From positions 5,840-69,839 of the IMG/VR virus record IMGVR_UViG_3300006201_000015: a stretch of DNA of 64,000 nt. The stretch is one strand, 5' to 3'. The translations under genes and the position numbers were made by a program. How positions within the stretch are numbered: the stretch's first letter is position 1; each line of letters begins with the position of its first letter. Source of the stretch: a virus. The notes beneath the pieces are model-generated. The model was not told the origin of the DNA. It ran no database searches and saw nothing but the letters and a program-made list of their open reading frames with translations. Shown one piece after another: positions 38,546-47,432 of the stretch.

Positions 38546-39552
38546 TTATTCAATAGGCACACCGATATACTCAAGCACTCTCTGCATACCAAGACCATGT
38601 TCTTCCCACGGCTTCATGCAGTAGCTCCAGAGTTTTGGGTGGGTTGTTTTCAGACGTTGGAAACGGTTCGGTGCCTTTTCCAGATGAGCGCCAAAGGCAC
38701 AAAAGACACAGCCAGTACGCTTTTCTCCTGTTGTTGTCCACCCCCCCCGTCAGTCTTAATGATCTCGCCATAGACAGGTGCATAGGGGATTTGGTAAGTG
38801 TAAAGATATTCGAGTACGTCTTCCTCTGTCCAAAACGACATAGGCTGAGAACTGGGTTTCTTGCCAGAAAAGGCGTTGCACCCCATACGCAACCATGTAG
38901 CGCGGCGGGATCGGCTCTCATTCGCCATTGTTGCGATGATAGGCACTCTTCCAGTTTCCTTAGCGTATTTCTTCATGGGGCGCTTTTTCATAACAGCACA
39001 GCATCGGGAAGATACCTTAAAGGGCGCATCCAGCAGATAACACCATTTCTCACAATTAAACTCTGAGGGTGTCCCATTGCTCCGCATAATCTCGCCGTGT
39101 AGTTCCTTCCACCGGAAGGAGCCAGGCTTATGCCCGTACTCTACTGTGTCAGCTACACGCTTGGAAACCACAGGATATCCGTATACCTCAATAACTTTTC
39201 GGAAATTCATCTCAGGTTTTACCACTACCACATTGTCTCGGCTCATGGCAAATTGGCGAACCTCTGGAAACTCTAACCCAGTATCCGAGAACACAGCCGG
39301 CACATCAGGATAGATACGCCGCACAATATCAAGGAGTACGGTCGAGTCCTTGCCGCCAGAAAAGGCCACATAGACCTTGCCATTGTAATGCTGATACCAT
39401 TCGATGATCCGAGCTGTGGTAATCTGGATTTTGCGGGGAAGAGGCAGACGCTGCATTTCTTCCAGTTGTTCCTTGCTATGCAAAACGTCCACCTCCTTGC
39501 CCGCCACCGCCTCCTCCATCAAACAGATAGAGGAGAAGCAGTAGCAAAGCAC
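38546..39552 (-). pseudogene. phage PAPS-reductase-like PP-loop protein with a frameshift at a C8 tract (38741-38748)
   Basis: VAFSGGKDSTVLLD PP-loop. With one extra C the reading continues ...DGGGWTTTGEKRTGCVFCAFGAHLEKAPNRFQRLKTTHPKLWSYC... and ends at 38546. Confidence 0.6.
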
Positions 39553-39585
39553 AACCTATGAAGATATAAACCTCATTTGACATAA

Positions 39586-40044
39586 TTAACTCCCATGGTC
39601 TTCGGTAGCCTTCGGCAGAGCAGGCTGATGAGTAGTAGCCAACCAGTAATTGATGACTTTGTTGTAGCTGTTGTCATTGCCCATGAAACGCTTGAGCATA
39701 GCGGCCATCAAACCAGTCTCTGCGCTGAAGGTGTCTCCCTGCTGACACTTCACCACAGTCTTCGTACCGTCACTCCAATAGACAATGGTAGCGGGATCGT
39801 TAAAGATCAAACGCTCAATCTCAGGAAGAAGTGTGTCGGAATGCTGCCGCATATGCCGCAGTGCAGCGTTCCAGCCATTGTGAAATCCCTCGTGATCCAT
39901 TGCCGTCTCAACCCCTTTGGATTCAGCAGGCAAAGACAGAAGCCGACGCAAATCACCATTTACTGGTACAGCCACAAAATTTGCGAGGGGGGGGTGAACC
40001 TGAACAGCCCTCAGCGGATACAAACTCATTTCATTGTTACGCAT
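39586..40044 (-). CDS. hypothetical protein
   Basis: 152 aa. An in-frame G8 tract (39987-39994) encodes HPPL near the N-terminus. Confidence 0.3.
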   Translation of the reverse strand: MRNNEMSLYPLRAVQVHPPLANFVAVPVNGDLRRLLSLPAESKGVETAMDHEGFHNGWNAALRHMRQHSDTLLPEIERLIFNDPATIVYWSDGTKTVVKCQQGDTFSAETGLMAAMLKRFMGNDNSYNKVINYWLATTHQPALPKATEDHGS

Positions 40045-40067
40045 TGCATTTTCCTCCTATAATTTGG

Positions 40068-40988
40068 TTAATGTGCATGACGGTCACAGTCATTCAAGAC
40101 CATAACCTGATTCCAGATATCCTCACCGAGCAAGCCTTTGAACTTTCTCTCCGTCTTGTTCGGGTTATCTGACTTTTCTACTGCGAAAGGTGCCATATGC
40201 CAGCGAATCAAAAGTGCTACTTTCAACCTTTCGTGCAGAGTCAAATCGGTAGTGTGGGCAAAGCTCTCATAAGCACCGACACGCTCATGTTGATAAAAAT
40301 GAGCAATATCTGTAGGTTCACCTTTGGCATTACAGAAAACTTTCGTATACTCCTTGCCAATATCGTGAATCGCTACCGCCCGGCCCAAAGAGATATCATT
40401 CACCCACTGGGGATACTGTTTGTCGAAATACTCATAGGCCGTTAGCATATGTTGCCCTACAGTAAACTCATGATGGGGATTATCGTGCTCCAGAGCTGCA
40501 AGGCGGGAGAGCAGAAGGCTGATACCGCCGATAAACGGTTCCACACCCTCAACCCAGATTTCGTCCCAGCCTTCAGCTTCCATAGGGATATCAAAACCCC
40601 GGTACATTCGGTCGATCACATTCTCTGGAACACTACGTTCACGGTTGGCGTTGCGCTCTACACAGAGGATATACGGCGTCGCCATGAAAACGCACACTTT
40701 CTTGATCTGGGGATTAACAGCGGTGACACGATGCAGAAATCCCATTCGGCGCTTGTAACTGACATTCGTGGCGTCGTAGACCACATCTTTACCAGCACGC
40801 AAATCGGAGAGCACACGGTCATGGAGCGTCTGGAATACCAGCTCCTGGTGGTTTTGGTCGGAGATGTCACTCAGTAGCTCTTCACGAATGGTATCACTGG
40901 AATGGATCACGGCGTCAGGCAACTTGTTCTCGGCATACCAAGACTTTCCACTTCCAGGAAGACCAACCATCATATAGAAGCACTGCAT
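40068..40988 (-). CDS. polynucleotide kinase (P-loop) fused to an HD-domain phosphohydrolase; putative RNA end-healing enzyme
   Basis: Walker A GLPGSGKS at the N-terminus. C-terminal HD region (HDIGK ... H..D). Confidence 0.6.
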   Translation of the reverse strand: MQCFYMMVGLPGSGKSWYAENKLPDAVIHSSDTIREELLSDISDQNHQELVFQTLHDRVLSDLRAGKDVVYDATNVSYKRRMGFLHRVTAVNPQIKKVCVFMATPYILCVERNANRERSVPENVIDRMYRGFDIPMEAEGWDEIWVEGVEPFIGGISLLLSRLAALEHDNPHHEFTVGQHMLTAYEYFDKQYPQWVNDISLGRAVAIHDIGKEYTKVFCNAKGEPTDIAHFYQHERVGAYESFAHTTDLTLHERLKVALLIRWHMAPFAVEKSDNPNKTERKFKGLLGEDIWNQVMVLNDCDRHAH

Positions 40989-40989
40989 T

Positions 40990-41793
40990 TTACTTACCCT
41001 CCTGTAATTCCATCAGAAACCGCCGCTTCAAAATCTCCACCGTCGCTGTCTGTAGCACCTGATCGGCGTGCTGATTGATTGCGAGAGGCACTGTATCCAT
41101 ATATTGCTTTTTATCGGCGATCATGGAATCAACTGCCTCCTGCATAAGCTGCCGCGCCTCCTCTAAGGTGTGACACCCTCTTTTTACCTCTACAAGGTAA
41201 TCCGACTGTTTGCTAACCAGACAATCAAAATAATTTTCGCCGGCCATATAGCGGGTCATAAATTCCCGCATCCGCAAGGCATGATGAAGCTGCTTAGGGT
41301 CGTACCCAAATTGCTCAATCTTGGCAAGAGCGGCGGGATAAGGATGCTCCATAGCGTGTTGCTTTTCCAACGCCATACCCAGCAGACAACTCATACCAGC
41401 ATAGTTGTTATAGCGGGCAATATCTTCTCTGGCGTCCAACACCGATTGAAACAGATCGGTGTAGAGCGGGTTGATAATGCAGTAGGGCGTGAACAGAATC
41501 TCAATGAAATTGACGTTTTGTTTGCGAATACACTCAAACATGAGCCGAATATCCTTAAAGTCCACGTGCTCATCGTTTTCCATAACATGGGTGGTGCTGA
41601 CGGGCTTGTGGGTAAGAACGAAATCTGAGAAGCTGGGGAGTACGATTGCCTTGGTATCAATATCGCTACTCTCATAATCCAGTTTGTAATTTTGTGAACC
41701 TTGCAGGAACAGGCCAACCCACGCATCTCCGAAGTGTTCTTGAACGGTAGCCAAATGCTCTTGCATCCGAGCCATAATGCGCTCCTTATTCAT
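40990..41793 (-). CDS. Pol-beta-superfamily nucleotidyltransferase
   Basis: GLFLQGSQNYKLDYESSDIDTKAIV (GS...DxD nucleotidyltransferase signature). Confidence 0.5.
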   Translation of the reverse strand: MNKERIMARMQEHLATVQEHFGDAWVGLFLQGSQNYKLDYESSDIDTKAIVLPSFSDFVLTHKPVSTTHVMENDEHVDFKDIRLMFECIRKQNVNFIEILFTPYCIINPLYTDLFQSVLDAREDIARYNNYAGMSCLLGMALEKQHAMEHPYPAALAKIEQFGYDPKQLHHALRMREFMTRYMAGENYFDCLVSKQSDYLVEVKRGCHTLEEARQLMQEAVDSMIADKKQYMDTVPLAINQHADQVLQTATVEILKRRFLMELQEGK

Positions 41794-42097
41794 CGCTACA
41801 CTCCTTCTTTCTCACACAGTCTCGTAAAATCCGCTGATAGAGGGAGGGGTCATACCCCTCCATATCAGCCCAGAACATCAAATACTCTGTGGTGTACTGA
41901 TCGGTCACATCACCGGAGACATCGTAAAGCCGGCCACCGATTTCCTGAACGAAGTGGTTAATCACTGGCTCATACATCATGTTTCCGCCAAATCTCTCTT
42001 GAAGAATAAAGGCAAACCAGTAACAGCAGCCATTTAGAAAAACCTCCTCAGAGCCTTTGAAGTTCTGGATAAAGTTGAGGATTGTAGACTTATTCAT
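41786..42097 (-). CDS. hypothetical protein
   Basis: 103-aa ORF. Confidence 0.3.
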   Translation of the reverse strand: MNKSTILNFIQNFKGSEEVFLNGCCYWFAFILQERFGGNMMYEPVINHFVQEIGGRLYDVSGDVTDQYTTEYLMFWADMEGYDPSLYQRILRDCVRKKECSDE

Positions 42098-43533
42098 CCC
42101 TCTTCTTCCATAACCTCCACCTCCTGGGCTTCCTCCATATCCGGCGCAGCGGCGGTATCTTTAATAAGCCCCTCCAGTGCCTTGAAGTAGAAGTTCTTAT
42201 GCTTGTAGGCCGCAAACTTGGGACGATTGACAATCCGACACACAACGCCCTCTCGAATATGGGTTTTGCCAACAGGGTCGGGGCCGTCATAATACCTCTC
42301 TGCGATAGCTTTGATGTATTCGCCAGCGTCCACAGCTTGGGGAGAACCCACAGCGTCGGGAAGCTGAACCATATCCGGGATAAAGCAACGCCAGAACAGC
42401 GGCACACACTTGACACCCATCTGTTCACAGCGATAACGCATGAAGTCGGGCGGGTACTCCACCACATCACCATCCTCGTTGGTCATGGTCATCCGGTAGA
42501 CATAGATGTCGGATTTGGGAACAGGCTCGGCAGATACTCCAGAACCGTCTGCTGTCGTTTTCTTGCCGGTAGGATCGCAGCCATAGCTAAAGAAAGTGGT
42601 TTTGCCGTACTGTTTGGAAAACTCCTTGTCACCAATCTTGGCGTTATTGCTAGGAGACATGATGGGCGTGCCATCATCCGTGAAACCCACCACCTCATAG
42701 TAGACCTCCTCGCCTTTGTGGAGCTTCCCTTCAAAAATCTTGGCGTGCTGTTCACGGAAAGCATTGCTACCATAGAAACCTCCGTCAAAGCTATCCAACA
42801 CTACACGGCGGGTTCCGGTAACATAACCCCAATCATAGATGGGCGTCCGCTCAATCATAGAGCGTAGCCAGTTCGGAGTTTTATCGCTCTCAAACAGCCG
42901 CTTTTGCAAACCGTTCTTATACTTGTAGCCTTGAAGCACAGGAAGATAGCCAGTACGCTGACTGGTGCCGTGCATTTTCAGCGTGATCTCTACCAGGTCG
43001 CCGGCACGGAAAGCAGACAGATTGTAGGCAAGCTGCTCTGTATCGGCGTGTTCCATGAAGAGCGGAGAAATCGGATCGGACTTCTTGCGGACACGACTTC
43101 CGCCGCCAGGACTTCCACCACTACGGTTGCGCTTAGGAATGTACTTCTCACAGATGGTGATACCGTTCACGACAGAAATTGTGTCTCCATCTTTCAGCAA
43201 AGAGGTATCAATAAATCCCTCCATGCAGGAGATGGGCAGAAACAAGCCATCACTTTTTTCTCCTCGGAGCTTCAGCGCCTTAATGTTGCGCTTCTCTGGA
43301 TCGAGGTAGCCGCCGGCGGGGTTGCCGTTCTCATCTTTTCGCCGCAGAAGGTCGTTCTTCTGAGCGAACTCTACACCGAGCTTGCCGTCTACGGGGAAGT
43401 AGACCCCCAGCTGGTCAGGTTCGGTTCCAAGATCCACAATTACCGTGTTCCCAAAGCACTCGCCACAGAGCAGACGATCAGCGTTAGTGTGCTTACGCAG
43501 ATTACGGATTTTGGTGACATACGCACAGTACAT
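42094..43533 (-). CDS. ATP-dependent RNA ligase (Rnl2/Rnl5-like nucleotidyltransferase with N-terminal OB-like domain)
   Basis: Lysine-adenylate motif EITLKMHGTS (KxHGT[NS]) about 180 aa from the start. Start trimmed to the ATG that follows the conserved leader/SD. Confidence 0.6.
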   Translation of the reverse strand: MYCAYVTKIRNLRKHTNADRLLCGECFGNTVIVDLGTEPDQLGVYFPVDGKLGVEFAQKNDLLRRKDENGNPAGGYLDPEKRNIKALKLRGEKSDGLFLPISCMEGFIDTSLLKDGDTISVVNGITICEKYIPKRNRSGGSPGGGSRVRKKSDPISPLFMEHADTEQLAYNLSAFRAGDLVEITLKMHGTSQRTGYLPVLQGYKYKNGLQKRLFESDKTPNWLRSMIERTPIYDWGYVTGTRRVVLDSFDGGFYGSNAFREQHAKIFEGKLHKGEEVYYEVVGFTDDGTPIMSPSNNAKIGDKEFSKQYGKTTFFSYGCDPTGKKTTADGSGVSAEPVPKSDIYVYRMTMTNEDGDVVEYPPDFMRYRCEQMGVKCVPLFWRCFIPDMVQLPDAVGSPQAVDAGEYIKAIAERYYDGPDPVGKTHIREGVVCRIVNRPKFAAYKHKNFYFKALEGLIKDTAAAPDMEEAQEVEVMEEEG

Positions 43534-43548
43534 TTGCATCTCTCCTTT

Positions 43549-43569
43549 GATTTTATTCGTTGTTAATAG
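43549..43569 (-). promoter_or_regulatory. conserved leader motif copy 10
   Basis: gattttattcgttgttaatag, upstream of the RNA ligase gene. Confidence 0.5.
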
Positions 43570-43598
43570 AAAAAACAAAAAAGAATAAATATAGGGGG

Positions 43599-44753
43599 TT
43601 AGGAATACATAGCTTTCAGCCTATGCGCCACACTCGCAACACCCTGAGCAGCTTGACGCATTTCATCTTCCGTAGTATCAAACCCCATTGAAATACGGAC
43701 GGTACAGGCAGCGCTTTCCTCAGATAATCCAATTCCACGCAGAACGTGTGAAGTTGTGGCGTCGGATGCGCTGCAAGCGGAACCAGCAGAAAGGTAGATG
43801 TCTTGCTGATCCAGCAACAGAAGTAAAGATTCGCTGTTGACTCCCGGCAGTGTCAAGCTGATGATAGCGGAGGAACGCCGGTCGGTATCGCCGTTGATAT
43901 GAAACTCTCCATCCATTTCGACATTAAGCTCATTCAAAAACACATCCCGCAAATGTGCCCACTGTGCCATCTGCCTTGGCAGGCGCTTGGTCGCTATCTC
44001 TGCCGCTTTGCCAATCCCCACGATTCCTGGTACATTCTCGGTGCCGCCTCGCAATCCACGCTCCTGACCTCCACCATAAACCCACGGTTCCTTTCTGATT
44101 CGATTGGAGATATACAGCACTCCAATTCCCTGGGGTGCTCCGAACTTATGACCGGAGAGAGATAGGAAGTCCACATTATAGGCGTGAACGTCGATTGGAA
44201 CGTGACCCGCCGCCGCTACTGCGTCTGTATGGAAAGGAACGTCATACTTTTTACAAAGTGTTCCGATTTCTTTGATAGGATTCACCGTTCCAAGTTCGTT
44301 GTTGACCCACATGACAGAAACGGCACCCAGCTCTTTCTTGTTCTCAATGATAAGCCGCTCCAAATCATCCAGGTCTACCGAGCCGTCCGACCAAACCCTT
44401 GCGTATTTCATAACAACGGGGAGCGGGCATACACACGCATTTTTCAACGGTTCAGAAATCGAATGATGCTCAATCTCGTCCGTAAGGACAACGTGTTTGG
44501 TCAGACATCGGAACCAGGCGTTGTTCGCCTCAGTTCCGCCGGAGGTAAAAAATATCTCCGAAGGGTCTGCACCGATCATTAGCGCTACCTGTTCTCGTGC
44601 CTTTTCGATAGCGTGGCGGGCGTTGATACCCTGGGAATGGATACTGCTGGGGTTTCCAACATGACACGTCTGAAACCATGGAAGCATGGTATCCAAGACT
44701 TCGGGAAAAGGTGCGGTCGATGCCGCATGGTCGAGATAGACCAATGATATCAC
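43599..44753 (-). CDS. cysteine desulfurase (class V aminotransferase, IscS/NifS-like)
   Basis: PLP-lysine motif SLSGHKFGAPQGIGVLY and active-site SAGSACSAS. Confidence 0.85.
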   Translation of the reverse strand: MISLVYLDHAASTAPFPEVLDTMLPWFQTCHVGNPSSIHSQGINARHAIEKAREQVALMIGADPSEIFFTSGGTEANNAWFRCLTKHVVLTDEIEHHSISEPLKNACVCPLPVVMKYARVWSDGSVDLDDLERLIIENKKELGAVSVMWVNNELGTVNPIKEIGTLCKKYDVPFHTDAVAAAGHVPIDVHAYNVDFLSLSGHKFGAPQGIGVLYISNRIRKEPWVYGGGQERGLRGGTENVPGIVGIGKAAEIATKRLPRQMAQWAHLRDVFLNELNVEMDGEFHINGDTDRRSSAIISLTLPGVNSESLLLLLDQQDIYLSAGSACSASDATTSHVLRGIGLSEESAACTVRISMGFDTTEDEMRQAAQGVASVAHRLKAMYS

Positions 44754-44822
44754 TCCTTCGTATAAGAAGAGGCTCAGACCGTAGACAGCCGGCGTGCTAC
44801 TCTATCGTTCTGAGCCTCCTTT

Positions 44823-44842
44823 GATTTTATTCGTTATTAGTC
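44823..44842 (-). promoter_or_regulatory. conserved leader motif copy 11 (overlaps the 3' end of the vWA gene; about 60 nt upstream of the cysteine desulfurase start, with an intervening hairpin)
   Basis: gattttattcgttattagtc. Confidence 0.45.
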
Positions 44843-46396
44843 GTTGACAACAGGACGCAGTGCGTCCTCGATAGGCTGGTAGCGCTCAGTGTTCAGCGTT
44901 TCCAACAGACACTCATAGGGATCGAGCTTGCCACTCATCACCATCTGAGCGATGTTGACGGAGAAACCGCTGACCAGCGCCACGCCCATGTCGTTCTCCC
45001 TAACGGGAATCGTCCCAGAGCGGCTGGCAACATTCCAGAACACCAATCTGGGCATTTTGTAACCTGCCTGCTGATACCGCCTATTGATCTCGTCAAAAAG
45101 GCGGGCGTTTGGCCTCTGCGTGTTGTAGCTCCACCGATCTCTCGAAGGAGCACCGCAGCTGGCACAAGCATCAAACTCCATATCGGAAATGATGAGAATG
45201 TTGGCAGGCAAGTCATTCTGATTCATATGCTTAGAAACCGCTGTTTCCAGGATGAGATCAAAGACTGCCTCCACGTTGGTATTGGCTCCAGCATGGCAAG
45301 CATGGACAATTTGAAGCCGCTCATAGAGGTTCTTGCCACTGGAGATGTCGAGGAGCTGCGGTCTGTCGGAGAAGGACATATACTGATCCTTGAATTGACC
45401 AGAAGATCGCTCGGCAAAATAGATCGCCAAGGCGTTTGCCACCTCCAACGGACGAGCGGAACTCCCAGGGAGCATCACCCACTCCATACTTCCGCTATCG
45501 TCCATAACCACCATCGTGTTTCCACAACCCTGTACCGTGTCAGGCAAATTCTGCCACAATGCCTCCAGTGTGGCGTCCACGCCGTGGCTCTGACGATACT
45601 TGTTGACAATATCGTGCGGGAACAGCGTACCAGCGTTGATCTTGGCCTCGCCGTTCTCCACCCGACTAAGGAACTCACGGCGGCGCTCCTCATCGTGGCG
45701 GAGGAAAGCCTTGTTGTAAATCAGGTTGGCACGGGAGGGGACTCGCTGGTAATCAATCCCGTCCCAATCGTTCTTGGACATCTGCTGCTCCACAACAACC
45801 AGGTAACGGGACAGGCCAGAAAGAGTATGCCGATAGGTACGCTCGGTCATATTCAACCCTTCGCACAGAATACGGGCGTAATGACGAGACTCCTTAGAAG
45901 AGGACTTGCGGCGCGGCATCCACTTTGCCAGCAGAGAGATCGGCTTCTGCTCGACGTTGTTATGCAGATCGTCATGCAGCTGCCTTGCCACCAGCTCAAT
46001 CACCTTATCGCCCACCGGCGTATCCAGCAGACACCAGAGATCGTCCCAACGCCCATACTCAGGCACCAACGACAGCACCGGTGTAACGTACTCCGGAAAC
46101 TTCTTTGCCATCGGCACCATAGCCGCACGAAACAGTCGGCGCTCACCCAGCCCGCCACGCACATCGCGGGCAAAGAACAGCCACTTCATCGCTGTCACCT
46201 TATCCTCGAAAAACGCCTGGGTGAAGCGATCCGCGATCTCCTTAACGCTGGCGTTACGGAGAGACGCCACGGCAAAGTTGAGATCCAGCAAAGATCGACC
46301 AGTGGTGCGATAGCCGACCGCCCCATTCTCGGTAACAGAGATATTGTTTGCGCCGTCCAGCATCGTGTCCTTGACACTTTCCATAAAGTTGCTCAT
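44837..46396 (-). CDS. vWA-domain protein of the DUF2828/UCP015417 type; N-terminal helical domain possibly TROVE (Ro60)-like
   Basis: MIDAS motifs VVMDDSGSM and ISDMEFD in the C-terminal half. Large helical N-terminal domain. Confidence 0.5.
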   Translation of the reverse strand: MSNFMESVKDTMLDGANNISVTENGAVGYRTTGRSLLDLNFAVASLRNASVKEIADRFTQAFFEDKVTAMKWLFFARDVRGGLGERRLFRAAMVPMAKKFPEYVTPVLSLVPEYGRWDDLWCLLDTPVGDKVIELVARQLHDDLHNNVEQKPISLLAKWMPRRKSSSKESRHYARILCEGLNMTERTYRHTLSGLSRYLVVVEQQMSKNDWDGIDYQRVPSRANLIYNKAFLRHDEERRREFLSRVENGEAKINAGTLFPHDIVNKYRQSHGVDATLEALWQNLPDTVQGCGNTMVVMDDSGSMEWVMLPGSSARPLEVANALAIYFAERSSGQFKDQYMSFSDRPQLLDISSGKNLYERLQIVHACHAGANTNVEAVFDLILETAVSKHMNQNDLPANILIISDMEFDACASCGAPSRDRWSYNTQRPNARLFDEINRRYQQAGYKMPRLVFWNVASRSGTIPVRENDMGVALVSGFSVNIAQMVMSGKLDPYECLLETLNTERYQPIEDALRPVVND

Positions 46397-46474
46397 ATTC
46401 TCTTACCTCCTATAATTTTGAGATACCTCGGAACACAGTTGTCATCTTGCTATTGCTGTATGTGTTCAGAGAAT

Positions 46475-46598
46475 TGGAGCGGCAGGTAGGAATCGAACCT
46501 ACGAATGGCAGCTTGGCTTCCTTTTTACCTTGCTGTTAGTGAAACTTCCGCTTCACATTTTTTATAGGGCTGCTGTGTTACCACTTCACCACTGCCGC
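46475..46598 (-). tRNA. tRNA-like gene with a ~50-nt insertion replacing the anticodon loop
   Basis: 7-bp acceptor GCGGCAG/CTGCCGC, encoded CCA, D-arm, T-arm GTAGG-TTCGATT-CCTAC, anticodon stem GCAGC/GCTGC. The stem encloses a 57-nt loop that contains a hairpin and CACTAACAGCAAGG. Confidence 0.5.
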
Positions 46599-46811
46599 AT
46601 AGTTGCTTGTCTTTCCAAGCTGCCACAGCCCAGTTCAAGATATTTGGGCTGATTATCTGGCGCTTATTTTCAGAGCAGACGTAAGCGATCCCAAAGCCCT
46701 GCCCTTATCCATTCATTAGCGAGAATGGATTTCGCTTGCGTTTTATCATCCGCAACTACGCCGGTTTTTTTCTTGACGACTCGAAAGAACACCGGAAAAC
46801 AAAGGAGTCTT

Positions 46812-46926
46812 GTGCCAGGGGTGGGAATCGAACCCACGACCACGGGATTAAAATTCCTTCAATCATTGCTGTGAGCGTTTCATACGATACGCATTGATAC
46901 GCGCTCTATCCACTGAGCTACCCTGG
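46812..46926 (-). tRNA. tRNA-like gene, anticodon region atypical (contains CTCACAGCAATG)
   Basis: Acceptor GCCAGGG/CCCTGGC, D-arm GCTC-AGTGGAT-AGAGC, T-arm GTGGG-TTCGATT-CCCAC. No canonical anticodon stem found. Confidence 0.4.
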
Positions 46927-47128
46927 CTTGAGGTGATAGGGTATGGGCCACTCTCCCATACAAACAGTGTTCTCCACGGTTGCGCACCCGTTTCAATAAA
47001 CATGACGTTTACAATCTTTTCGTCTATGCTACACCGTTTTACATAAGGGTTCATCCGTCGTTTTTGTACATCGGGCAGCTACTCCCAATGCGCATGGTCA
47101 GCTATTCCATGACGCCCTTCTTTTTAGT

Positions 47129-47204
47129 CACAGCGAATGGGACTCGAACCCAATCCTTCCGGCCCCACATGGGCCAGCGTGCTATCCAGCTACACCACAT
47201 CTGC
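47129..47204 (-). tRNA. standard-length tRNA-like element with weak acceptor pairing and non-canonical anticodon loop (possible pseudo-tRNA)
   Basis: T-loop TTCGAGT, D-arm GTGT-AGCTGGATA-GCAC, anticodon arm TGGCC-CATGTGG-GGCCG (A at position 33). Confidence 0.3.
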
Positions 47205-47432
47205 TAAGGCACGAGGATTTGCCTTATGAGCTTTCTCTTTGCTCACCTATCTCTTGCTGTCCTGGCTCTCACAGGTGGGAGTGGTACAACTCCCAGACGT
47301 TCCGATTTGCACGGTCACTACACTTGTTTTACGTCCGTTGCTGATCACCTTTAGACGGCGTTCTCTGTACCAGAGCAATCGCATTCTGCATCCGAACCGC
47401 AAAGAAAGGATTTGCGTACAAAAGTACGCTTG

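Noticed and set aside
44837-46396. Calling the vWA protein a confirmed Ro60 orthologue
   Set aside because: Only the vWA/MIDAS half is recognisable by eye. TROVE similarity is inference and is kept as a hypothesis.
45227-46489. 420-aa plus-strand ORF, and other long plus-strand ORFs (e.g. 61367-62392, 54441-55130, 14698-15297, 42199-42867)
   Set aside because: They lie entirely antisense within well-supported minus-strand genes (vWA protein, DUF932, methyltransferase-helicase, RNA ligase). Their sequences are low-complexity with no motifs. They are typical shadow ORFs.
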